A DNA stretch of 64,000 nucleotides from Rubripirellula sp. (GTDB lineage: Bacteria; Planctomycetota; Planctomycetia; Pirellulales; Pirellulaceae): assembly GCA_965216875.1 (NCBI GenBank), contig OZ244207.1:4960001-5024000 (forward strand), given 5' to 3'. Shown one piece after another: positions 9,644 through 18,817 of this stretch (position 1 is the first letter of the stretch; the number at the start of each line of letters is the position of its first letter). Both the position numbers and the translations under genes were made by a program. The notes beneath the pieces are model-generated. The model searched no databases, had not been told where the DNA came from, and saw only the letters and a list, made by a program, of their open reading frames with translations.

Positions 9644-11074
9644 GTGCTCTTTAACAGCTACACCTTCCTGGCCTTCTACGCGATTGTCTTTGCGAGCTAC
9701 TTCGCGCTGCGCCGCTCGTTAAGGGCCCAGAACGGATTGCTGCTCATCGCCAGCTATGCGTTCTACAGTGCCTGGGACTATCGCTTCCTGGCTTTGATCC
9801 TTCTCTCGACAGTCGTCGATTTCGTCGTCGCTCGAAAGATTGAGCACCACCGGGACAAGGGTGGCGCCGCGAAAGGGCGCGGTCGCCGCTGGTTGATCCT
9901 CAGTCTGGTCGTCAACCTCGGCTCGCTGGCAATCTTCAAGTACCTGAACTTTGCGGTGGACTCGTTTTGTGCGTTGTCCGAGATGGTCGGCCTGCCTCTT
10001 TCGGTTACGGTGGGCAAGATCATCCTTCCGGTAGGCATCAGCTTCTTCACCTTCCAAACGCTCAGCTACACCATCGATGTCTACCGCGGTCGTGTCAAAG
10101 CGTGTCGCGACCCGTTGGCTTTCGCCGTCTACGTTGCGTTCTTTCCTCAATTGGTTGCCGGCCCGATTGAAAGGGCAACGCACTTTCTACCGCAAGTCCT
10201 CCGCTCGCGTTCGCTTCGCCGAGTCGATTTCGCGATCGGCACGCAATTCGTCCTCTATGGCTACTTTCTTAAAGTCGTCCTGGCCGACTCGATCGCCCCG
10301 CTCGTGGATCAATACTATGCCGACCCTGCGCGGTACGGAGGCTCGATTGCGTGGATTGCCAATTTAGGATTCGCGGTTCAAATCTACGGCGACTTTTGCG
10401 GCTACAGCCTGATTGCACGCGGCATCTCGCGATGGATGGGTTTTCGGTTAATGTCCAACTTCCGCCAACCGTACCTGGCGACCAGTCCCCGCGACTTCTG
10501 GACGCGTTGGCACCGTTCCCTTTCGCTTTGGTTACGGCGGTACCTCTACTTTGAACTGGGCGGCAGCCGACATGGTATGACCAGAACCGTTCGCAATTTA
10601 ATGATCACGATGGCCTTGGGCGGACTCTGGCACGGCGCCTCTTGGAACTTCGTGCTATGGGGAATCTTTCATGGGCTTTTGCTTGCCTGCGAACATTGGT
10701 GGATCGCCGCGAGGCCGTTTCGTACACAGTCGGCGGGACGGGCTTGGAAACCGCTTCAACGAGTTGCAACTTTCTCGATCATGATCATTGGATGGACGCT
10801 CTTTCGATGCGAGTCCACTGACGAACTGTCGACCGTGTTCACGTCGATGTTTGCCGGCCCCTTTGCGGACCATCGCGCGTTTGCCTTTCTTCAACCTGTC
10901 GCCGTGGCACTCGCCATCCTATTGGCAGTTGATGTTTGGAAAGAGACGAAATCGCATGAGCTCGTTTTCCTGCGTGCCCACCCAATGGTCCGCACCAGCC
11001 TGTACGTGTTCTTCGTGATCGCAGTGATGGCGGTCGGGTTTCGCCCCACCAGTTTTATCTATTTCCAGTTCTGA
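9644..11074 (+). CDS. algI: MBOAT O-acyltransferase (AlgI/PatA-like)
   Basis: LPVGISFFTFQ, FFPQLVAGPIER, GLWHGA, C-terminal FIYFQF. Confidence 0.9.
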   Translation: MLFNSYTFLAFYAIVFASYFALRRSLRAQNGLLLIASYAFYSAWDYRFLALILLSTVVDFVVARKIEHHRDKGGAAKGRGRRWLILSLVVNLGSLAIFKYLNFAVDSFCALSEMVGLPLSVTVGKIILPVGISFFTFQTLSYTIDVYRGRVKACRDPLAFAVYVAFFPQLVAGPIERATHFLPQVLRSRSLRRVDFAIGTQFVLYGYFLKVVLADSIAPLVDQYYADPARYGGSIAWIANLGFAVQIYGDFCGYSLIARGISRWMGFRLMSNFRQPYLATSPRDFWTRWHRSLSLWLRRYLYFELGGSRHGMTRTVRNLMITMALGGLWHGASWNFVLWGIFHGLLLACEHWWIAARPFRTQSAGRAWKPLQRVATFSIMIIGWTLFRCESTDELSTVFTSMFAGPFADHRAFAFLQPVAVALAILLAVDVWKETKSHELVFLRAHPMVRTSLYVFFVIAVMAVGFRPTSFIYFQF

Positions 11075-11084
11075 GGATCTCGCT

Positions 11085-12149
11085 GTGAAACGAACGACAT
11101 CCTCGCCGGTCCGCTTGATCGCACAATTGGTTGCCGGCATTGTGATCGGATGCGTGTTGTGTGAAGGTCTATTGCGCGTGCTCGTGCCGCAAACGACCTA
11201 TTACTCAAGCTGGTTCACGCCGGGCGCCCATCAACTTGACCCCGAGTTGGGTTTCGCTTTTCGCCCAGGCTTTTCTGGCGACATGAGGAACGCCGACAAA
11301 GTCTGGCTCGAACCGATTCGGCTTGATGATCATGGCTTTCGCTTACCCGCCACCAACTTTGGCGTGGCTTCCGATGCGGATCAGGAGGACGTCAGCGATA
11401 TCATCATGTTGGGCGGCGCTTCGATGGCCTTCTGTTATGGCCTTTCTGACGCAGAAACGATTCATCATCAAGTCGCCGATCGCATCGCCGCCCCGGTTGA
11501 AATCTCGCTCGTTTCCTGGCCTGGCTTCACACTTGCTCAAGACATCCAGAAACTGCGTCGCCTAGACAGCATCAAGCCAGGCACGCTTGCAGTGGTGTTT
11601 GCCTATGGCGTGGAGGACTACGCCCCGGTCGATCAACGCAATGATCCGCCACGCGAGATTCGGCTCGTTCGCTCCGTTGCGATGCCCAACGATCCGGCGG
11701 CGTCCTGGGGCGGATCGCTGTATTATGAAAGCTACGTCGTCGCCGGGGTCTGTCGAACGATGGACGTGGTGTCTCAAATCATCAACCGATTGACCAGTCG
11801 GTTCAGCAGAGAAGCGGTCGCAGCCGACGCCGCGGAACCGAATTCGGCACCACTCGAAAACAGAGGACGCCGCCAGATTGACTTTGCCGTCGACCAGCTA
11901 GCCGGCATGGGCCTCGAGAACGTGGTCGTTGTAGCGCTCCCGCACCAATCGCAGTGGGTTGGTCCCGAAACGTTGACGGTTGACGGCGCCCGCGTCATCG
12001 ACCTGCGAGCCCTGCCACAATCACAAGCATTCGACTGGATCGCCTTTGGCCACTACGGACGACGATCGGCCGAGCACGTTGCCGAGCCCATTGCCGCCCA
12101 AATTGCCGAAGTCATTGGCGATGGCAGCGTTCGGGGCGCGTCGGAGTGA
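11085..12149 (+). CDS. Membrane-anchored SGNH-like partner of the MBOAT (AlgJ/PatB-like)
   Basis: N-terminal TM helix; GGASMAF block-I-like motif; late GHY; 10 bp after algI. Confidence 0.55.
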   Translation: MKRTTSSPVRLIAQLVAGIVIGCVLCEGLLRVLVPQTTYYSSWFTPGAHQLDPELGFAFRPGFSGDMRNADKVWLEPIRLDDHGFRLPATNFGVASDADQEDVSDIIMLGGASMAFCYGLSDAETIHHQVADRIAAPVEISLVSWPGFTLAQDIQKLRRLDSIKPGTLAVVFAYGVEDYAPVDQRNDPPREIRLVRSVAMPNDPAASWGGSLYYESYVVAGVCRTMDVVSQIINRLTSRFSREAVAADAAEPNSAPLENRGRRQIDFAVDQLAGMGLENVVVVALPHQSQWVGPETLTVDGARVIDLRALPQSQAFDWIAFGHYGRRSAEHVAEPIAAQIAEVIGDGSVRGASE

Positions 12150-12436
12150 GCGTTTTGGCGCGCTCATGCGACCGTTAAAGAGTTCCGCGCCGCGCACTTC
12201 CGCACACTCGCGGCGATGGACACCCTGAAATCCCGTCGAAGTCCCGTTTGGAACGCCGCTTGCTCTCTACGTCCTCCGTTGGCCGCCGTGAATGGACCAC
12301 GACGTGAGTCGACGACGCTAGCCGCGAGCCACTGGAGAAACGGCTGCACCCTGTTTTTGTTTGCTTGGGGCTGGCGTCGTCGTCTCACTCACCTGTACAT
12401 CGGGTGTGTGCTTGCACGCAACGCGGTCCCGCAACA

Positions 12437-12477
12437 ATGCCGGATCCGTGTCGCTGTCGCTCCTTGATCCGGCCTAC
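12437..12477 (-). repeat. GTAG-REP family 2 (GTAGGCCGGATCAAG...GATCCGGCAT)
   Basis: Related copies at 38815, 56464 and 59091. Confidence 0.8.
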
Positions 12478-12581
12478 AGACATCGTAGGGTGTTTGCTTG
12501 CACGCACCACATGCTTCTTCATCACCGGTGCGTGCAAGCACACACCCTACGAACGAAGAACACTCTCAAAGGGGTCCAACG

Positions 12582-13064
12582 ATGATCTCGACGCTGCCAA
12601 CTTCTGACCTCCAGGTACAAGATGTGATGACGCGCAACATCGTACGTGTTGCGCCATCGACCACCGTCGGGGAGGCCTTGAACCTGATGTTCGAGGCGAA
12701 GGTTTCGGCCTTGCCCGTTGTCGACGAAGGCGACCGCTGCTTTGGAATCGTCACCGCAACCGATTTGGTGGACCTGTTGAGGTCGACCGAACAAGCTCTC
12801 AAAAGCGACTTGCTTCACAACGACGATGCTCGTCAGGCGATCGAGGTTGTCCAACAGAAGTTTGACACTTCGCCAATTCGAGAAATCATGACGGAGTTGA
12901 TCGTGACCGTTGCCCCGGACGTCAGCCTCCAACGCGCCGCGAAAACGATGACGACAGAAAACGTGCATCACTTGCCCGTACTGGCCGATCGAAAACTCGT
13001 CGGTTTTCTTTCCTCGGCTGACATCGTGCGCGCGGTAGCATCAAATGAACCCAATTCACCGTAG
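12582..13064 (+). CDS. CBS domain pair protein
   Basis: VQDVMT...ALPVVDE...GIVTATD and HHLPV...GFLSSAD. Confidence 0.88.
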   Translation: MISTLPTSDLQVQDVMTRNIVRVAPSTTVGEALNLMFEAKVSALPVVDEGDRCFGIVTATDLVDLLRSTEQALKSDLLHNDDARQAIEVVQQKFDTSPIREIMTELIVTVAPDVSLQRAAKTMTTENVHHLPVLADRKLVGFLSSADIVRAVASNEPNSP

Positions 13065-13110
13065 CGATGCTCGCCAGAGCGTTGTTTCGCGTCAGGCAAG
13101 TTTCGATAGA

Positions 13111-13172
13111 GTCGCTTTCTGCTCCGCAAAAGTTGCGTTTGCCGGCGCCACTTTCGCGGAGCGATAGGCGAC
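13111..13172. repeat. Palindromic repeat family 3 (GTCGCCTTTCGCTCCGCGAAAG / CTTTCGCGGAGCGAAAGGCGAC)
   Basis: Related copies at 26774, 33171 and 59146. Confidence 0.75.
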
Positions 13173-13577
13173 TAAGTGCGAATAGCGCGAACCGGACTCG
13201 GTCACTGCGCATCCTTGTCTTCTGCTTCGCGCGAATCCGACGGAGTGTCTTGCAGGTGGTGGAATAGTTAACGCCCCCGCCCAAATTGACCAGAGGCACC
13301 CCACACCAAGACCCTCAAATGAGCGGTTTTCTTCGGAAGCGAGCCACTTTTTAATCGTTTGGATGCGAGAAGGTGCAGCGAGGAAAAGTTTGCAATTCGC
13401 AATCTTTTCTTAGCCGTGTTTTTGAGACCTTCTATAATCGAACTTGGGTAAAACTTCTTTCCAGGCTGAGCGATCGTCACGTCTATGCCAGGTTAGGCAA
13501 GCGACTGCACCAATGATTTTCGGCTGGGCAAAGAAGCCCCGTGCGAGCGAACGAAACGCAAACATTGGGCGAGAGCG

Positions 13578-15527
13578 ATGACTGGTAACCAACACGACAT
13601 TCTGCAGCTCTACAGCGAAATCTATGAAAAAGATAAGCAGGTCACCTACTCTTTAAAGGAGTACCTGCAAGCTGCGAGCAACGACCCGAACCTTTACGCT
13701 TCGACTGCCGAGCGTATGGTTCAAGCGATCGGCGAACCCGAGTTCATCGACACGTCGAACGATTCGCGCCTCGGTCGTATCTTCATGAATCGCACGATCA
13801 AGACGTACCGTGCCTTTGAAGATTTCTATGGTCTCGAAGAAACCATCGAACGGATCGTTGGTTTTTTTCGTCACGCTGCGCAAGGGCTCGAGGAACGCAA
13901 GCAGATCCTCTATTTGCTGGGGCCCGTTGGTGGCGGGAAGAGTTCGCTCGCTGATGCGTTGAAGACGCTGATTCAACATCGCCCCGTCTACGTCCTTGCC
14001 GCTGGCGATGAAGTCTCGCCGATCTATGAAAGCCCACTCGGGCTCTTCAATCCCGACAGTATGGGAATGATGCTCGAGGAAGAGTACGGCATTCCGCGAC
14101 GACGTCTTCCCGGATACATGTCGCCATGGGCGATCAAACGTCTTGACGAATTTGGCGGCGACATTTCAAAGTTCTCGGTCGTTCGCGTCGTGCCCTCGGA
14201 ACAACGTCGCGTGTGCGTCGCAAAAACCGAACCGGGTGACGAAAACAATCAAGACATCTCCTCGCTGGTCGGCAAAGTCGACATTCGAAAACTGGAGCAC
14301 TTTGGACAAGACGACGCCGATGCCTATTCCTACAGCGGCGGTCTCAATCGAACCACGCAAGGTTTGCTCGAATTCGTCGAGATGTTCAAAGCCCCGCTAA
14401 AAATGTTGCACCCGCTTTTAACGGCAACCCAAGACGGCACCTACGTCGGCACCGAGAATGTGGGGGCGATGCCCTACCAAGGGATCATTGTTGCCCACTC
14501 GAATGAATCGGAATGGGAATCTTTTAAGGCCAACCGCAACAATGAAGCCTTCCTTGATCGCATCTGCGTGGTGAAGGTTCCCTATTGCTTGCGTGTCACC
14601 GAAGAAAAGCAGATCTACGACAAACTGATCCTGAACTCGGAACTGGGCGCCGCGCCGTGCGCGCCAGACACACTTGAAATGATGTCGCGTTTCACCGTCC
14701 TGACGCGAATGAAGGATCACGAAAACTCGAGTCTCTATTCCAAGATGCGAGTTTATGACGGCGAGTCGCTCAAAGACACCGACCCGCACGCGCGTACGGT
14801 CCAAGAATACCGCGACGCCGCCGGGGTGACCGAAGGCATGGATGGCATGTCAACTCGTTTCGCCTACAAGATCCTGTCAGAAACGTTCAACTTTGACACG
14901 CGAGAAGTTGCTGCGGACCCTGTGCACCTGATGTACGTGCTTGAAAAGGCAATTCGACGCGAGCAGCTTCCCGAAGAAACGGAACAGCGGTACCTGGAAT
15001 TCGTCAAAGAGGAGCTTGCCACGCGTTACGCCGAGTTCATCGGCAACGAGATTCGCAAAGCCTATCTCGAATCGTATCACAGCTACGGCCAAAACCTCTT
15101 CGATCGCTACATCGCCTACGCGGATGCTTGGATCGATGACCAAGACTACAAAGACCCCGACACCGGCCAGTTGATGGATCGCGACATCCTCAATGAAGAG
15201 CTGGAGAAAATTGAACATCCAGCGGGAATCTCGAACGCGAAAGACTTCCGCTACGAAGTCGTCAAATTTGCCCTGCGAGCACGTGCAAAGAACGAAGGGA
15301 AGAACCCCGAATGGACTTCGTATGAAAAGATCCGTGATGTGATCGAAAAACGAATGTTCGGTCAAATCGAAGAACTGCTTCCGGTCATTAGCTTTGACGC
15401 CAAAAAAGATAGCGAGGCCGAACAGAAACACACCGAGTTTGTACAGCGCATGACGCAACGTGGTTACACCAAACGGCAAGTCCGACGCCTGGTCGATTGG
15501 TATATGCGCGTCAGCAAATCAAGTTGA
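13578..15527 (+). CDS. prkA: PrkA/YeaG family serine protein kinase (AAA+)
   Basis: LLGPVGGGKSS Walker A; EPGDENNQDIS; HSNESEW. Confidence 0.95.
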   Translation: MTGNQHDILQLYSEIYEKDKQVTYSLKEYLQAASNDPNLYASTAERMVQAIGEPEFIDTSNDSRLGRIFMNRTIKTYRAFEDFYGLEETIERIVGFFRHAAQGLEERKQILYLLGPVGGGKSSLADALKTLIQHRPVYVLAAGDEVSPIYESPLGLFNPDSMGMMLEEEYGIPRRRLPGYMSPWAIKRLDEFGGDISKFSVVRVVPSEQRRVCVAKTEPGDENNQDISSLVGKVDIRKLEHFGQDDADAYSYSGGLNRTTQGLLEFVEMFKAPLKMLHPLLTATQDGTYVGTENVGAMPYQGIIVAHSNESEWESFKANRNNEAFLDRICVVKVPYCLRVTEEKQIYDKLILNSELGAAPCAPDTLEMMSRFTVLTRMKDHENSSLYSKMRVYDGESLKDTDPHARTVQEYRDAAGVTEGMDGMSTRFAYKILSETFNFDTREVAADPVHLMYVLEKAIRREQLPEETEQRYLEFVKEELATRYAEFIGNEIRKAYLESYHSYGQNLFDRYIAYADAWIDDQDYKDPDTGQLMDRDILNEELEKIEHPAGISNAKDFRYEVVKFALRARAKNEGKNPEWTSYEKIRDVIEKRMFGQIEELLPVISFDAKKDSEAEQKHTEFVQRMTQRGYTKRQVRRLVDWYMRVSKSS

Positions 15528-15530
15528 CCC

Positions 15531-15595
15531 CGCCCGCCGGCGAATTCAGTGCCGCCCGCCAGCGGATTCAGTGCCCCCGCCAGCGGATTCAGTGC
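15531..15595 (+). repeat. Short tandem repeat, about 21-22 bp x3
   Basis: (c)ccgccagcggattcagtgc repeated between prkA and yeaH. Confidence 0.75.
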
Positions 15596-15642
15596 TGATG
15601 TGCAGCCCGTCATCACGGCCACGCAACCAATCGAGATTCGCA

Positions 15643-16911
15643 ATGCATGTTATCGACCGCCGTCGTAACCCGACGTCCAAAAACCTTGGCAATCGACAGC
15701 GGTTTGTCCGTCGCGTCAAGTCACACATTCGCAAAGCGGTAAGTGACTCGATTCGCAAACGCAAAGTCGCCGACCTTGAGGGTGGCCAAGAGATCTCAAT
15801 TGACGCCAAAGACATTCGTGAACCCGCCTTTGGTTATGACCGCGCCGTGGGAAACCGCGACTATGTATTGCCCGGAAACAAGCGATACCAACGCGGGGAC
15901 CAGATCCAAAAACCTGGATCGGGCGGAGGCAGCGGAAGCAACGGCAGCCCTGATGGTGAGGGCGAAGACAACTTCGTCTTCGCGCTCACGAGCGACGAGT
16001 TCCTGGACCTCTTCTTCGAGGACCTCCAGCTGCCCAATCTGGCGAAGCGAAAACTCAAGTCGATGGCCACGCCGGCATGGTCGCGGGCAGGCTACACAAG
16101 CGATGGCGCACCTCAACGACTGAACACTTCCGAGACGATGCGGCGTTCGCTCGCCCGTCGCATCGCCATGCGACGCCCACGACTGTCCGATCGCGAAGAA
16201 CTCGAGGAGAGACTAGCCAAAGCCGAAGAGGAAGGTGACGAAGATCAGATCGCGCGCATCCGCGAGGAACTTGCCACGGTCAAGAAACGCATGAGCTCGG
16301 TCGCGTTTATCGACAACGTTGACCTTCGATACAACCGATTCGATCGCACACCACGCCCAACCACCCAAGCGGTGATGTTCTGCTTGATGGACACTTCAGC
16401 ATCGATGACCGAGGAACTCAAGGACCTTGCCAAACGCTTCTACATGCTGCTGCATCTGTTTCTGAAGCGTCACTATCGCTCAGTCGATATAGTTTTCATT
16501 CGTCACACCTACACCGCATCCGAGGTGGACGAGGAAACGTTCTTCTACGGGCGAGAAACCGGCGGCACCATCGTGTCATCAGCACTCCTCGAAATGAAAC
16601 GCATCGTTCAAGAACGTTACCCGATCGATGACTGGAACATTTACGCCGCCCAAGCGTCGGATGGACACAATTTTGACCATGACATGCCGTTGACGCTCAA
16701 TTTGCTCGAACAGAGCATTTTGCCGATGTGTCAGTACTATGCCTACATCGAAGTGGGTGACGAAGATCCGTCGTTCGACAGCCTGTTGTGGCAAGGTTAC
16801 GAATCGCTCGTCGTTCGTCACGAACAGTTTGCCCGCGCGATGGTTCAAGCCCCCGAAGATATCTTCCCCGTCTTTCACGATCTATTCACAAGTAAGTCCA
16901 CGCACGCGTAA
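15643..16911 (+). CDS. yeaH: YeaH/YhbH (UPF0229) vWA-like protein
   Basis: MHVIDRR start; FCLMDTSASM; ETGGTIVSSAL; QASDG. Confidence 0.93.
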   Translation: MHVIDRRRNPTSKNLGNRQRFVRRVKSHIRKAVSDSIRKRKVADLEGGQEISIDAKDIREPAFGYDRAVGNRDYVLPGNKRYQRGDQIQKPGSGGGSGSNGSPDGEGEDNFVFALTSDEFLDLFFEDLQLPNLAKRKLKSMATPAWSRAGYTSDGAPQRLNTSETMRRSLARRIAMRRPRLSDREELEERLAKAEEEGDEDQIARIREELATVKKRMSSVAFIDNVDLRYNRFDRTPRPTTQAVMFCLMDTSASMTEELKDLAKRFYMLLHLFLKRHYRSVDIVFIRHTYTASEVDEETFFYGRETGGTIVSSALLEMKRIVQERYPIDDWNIYAAQASDGHNFDHDMPLTLNLLEQSILPMCQYYAYIEVGDEDPSFDSLLWQGYESLVVRHEQFARAMVQAPEDIFPVFHDLFTSKSTHA

Positions 16912-16922
16912 GGGAGCAATCC

Positions 16923-18467
16923 ATGGCTGGCAAGTTGCTCTACAGCGGTTCCGAGTGGGATTTCGAAACGATCCAGCGGGTATACGAAGCTGTCGAACAG
17001 GTCGCTATCGAAAACCTGGGACTTGACGTCTACCGCAACCAAATTGAGGTGATCACTTCCGAGCAGATGCTCGATGCCTACGCGGCGATCGGTATGCCGC
17101 TGATGTACCGGCACTGGTCCTTTGGGAAGAAGTTTGCGCGAGAAGAGCTGCTCTATCGCAAAGGGGCTCAAGCACTGGCCTACGAACTTGTGATCAACTC
17201 CGATCCGTGCGTCTCGTACGTGATGGAAGAAAACTCGATGACGATGCAAACGCTCGTCATCGCGCACGCGGCCTTTGGACACAACCACTTCTTCAAGAAC
17301 AACCACTTGTTTCAGCAGTGGACGCGAGCTGATCGCGTGCTCGACCACCTCGCTTATGCAAAGGAGTTCATTGCCGGATGCGAACGCAAACACGGACTCG
17401 ATGCAGTTGAGAGCTTGCTCGATTCGGCACACGCACTCATGACACAAGGCGTGAGTCGGTATCAACCCAACCAATCGAAAAGCCAGGCTGATGAGTTGGC
17501 CAAATCACTCGCGCGACATGAGCACCACCAACAGACCTTCAACGACCTTTGGCGGACGGTCCCAACGCTCAAACAGGAAGACGAGCTGAGTGAGACGGAA
17601 AAACACAAAGAAGCCGAAACGCGAGCGATTCAACAAAAGCTTGACCTTCCCGAGGAAAACCTGCTTCGTTTTCTCGCCGAACACGCTCCGAAGCTCGCCG
17701 ACTGGCAACGCGAAATCCTGAACATCGTGAGCGGGCTCGCTCAATACTTTTACCCGCAGCGCCAAACCAAGCTGATGAATGAAGGCTGCGCGACCTTCAC
17801 TCACTACCAGATCATGAATCAGCTCTACGACGATGGCCGGATCGACGAGGGGGCGATGCTCGAGTTTTTGCACATGCATTCGGCCGTGGTGACTCAACCC
17901 AGATTCAACAGCCGGCGATTCTCGGGCATCAATCCGTACGCGCTCGGATTTGCCATGATGCGAGACATCGAACGAATCTGCACGGCACCGACCGACGAGG
18001 ACAAAGATTGGTTTCCCGAAATCGCCGGAAACCAGCGTCCGCGAGAAACGCTGCGGGATGCTTGGGCCGAATACCGGGACGAGAGTTTCGTCTTGCAATT
18101 CCTAAGCCCCACGCTGATTCGCGAGATGCACTTGTTTGCCGTCGATGACGAATCGGAATCACATTACTTATCCGTATCAGCGATTCACGATGAAGCAGGT
18201 TATCGCGAGATCCGCCGTCGACTTGCCGCGCAATATGATCTGCTTCGGCAAGAACCGAAAATCGAAGTTACCAACGCCGACCTTGCCGGCAATCGTCGCC
18301 TGGTTCTGACACACCGTGTCCGCGAGGAGCGTGTCTTGGAAAAAGAGGAATGCAATCGCACGCTGCGCCATGTCGCCAACCTATGGGGATACCGTGTGCG
18401 ACTCGTCGAAGTCGACGATGAAACCGGCAAGACATTGAACGAATACGATTCAGTCCCCATGCCGTAG
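16923..18467 (+). CDS. ycgB: SpoVR family protein
   Basis: YRHWSFGK, LAYELVINS, HAAFGHNHFFKNN, TKLMNEGCAT. Confidence 0.94.
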   Translation: MAGKLLYSGSEWDFETIQRVYEAVEQVAIENLGLDVYRNQIEVITSEQMLDAYAAIGMPLMYRHWSFGKKFAREELLYRKGAQALAYELVINSDPCVSYVMEENSMTMQTLVIAHAAFGHNHFFKNNHLFQQWTRADRVLDHLAYAKEFIAGCERKHGLDAVESLLDSAHALMTQGVSRYQPNQSKSQADELAKSLARHEHHQQTFNDLWRTVPTLKQEDELSETEKHKEAETRAIQQKLDLPEENLLRFLAEHAPKLADWQREILNIVSGLAQYFYPQRQTKLMNEGCATFTHYQIMNQLYDDGRIDEGAMLEFLHMHSAVVTQPRFNSRRFSGINPYALGFAMMRDIERICTAPTDEDKDWFPEIAGNQRPRETLRDAWAEYRDESFVLQFLSPTLIREMHLFAVDDESESHYLSVSAIHDEAGYREIRRRLAAQYDLLRQEPKIEVTNADLAGNRRLVLTHRVREERVLEKEECNRTLRHVANLWGYRVRLVEVDDETGKTLNEYDSVPMP

Positions 18468-18524
18468 CACTCACGGCCCGTGCCCCACATCTGCACACGG
18501 CGGACAGCCCCGACTGAAAACAGA

Positions 18525-18775
18525 GAGAACCACTAATCTCCTCAAATCGCCACTAATCTTTGTACTACTCATCTTCCCACTCTCTGATCAGTGTTCGATC
18601 AGCGGAGATGAGTGTTCCGCCCCCGAGCCTGACGAACCGTGTGTTGTGAGAATGCCGTTAGCAAGTAACAACGCTGACACCCAAAAACGTCAGCTGAGAA
18701 CCACTGATCGCCTCTAATCGCCACTCATCTTCCCACTCTCTGATCAGTGTTCGATCAGCGAAGATAAGTGTTCCC
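18525..18775. repeat. Two direct copies of an imperfect palindromic element (gagaaccact...gatcagtgttcgatcagc...agtgttcc)
   Basis: ctcatcttcccactctctgatcagtgttcgatcagcg is present twice. Confidence 0.75.
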
Positions 18776-18817
18776 GCCTTGCGTACGTTACGAACTGTGT
18801 AAGGATTGCAATCGAGG

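Noticed and set aside
13494..13509. Sigma54 promoter for prkA (TAGGCAAGCGACTGCA)
   Set aside because: GG-GC spacing is 9 nt rather than the required 10
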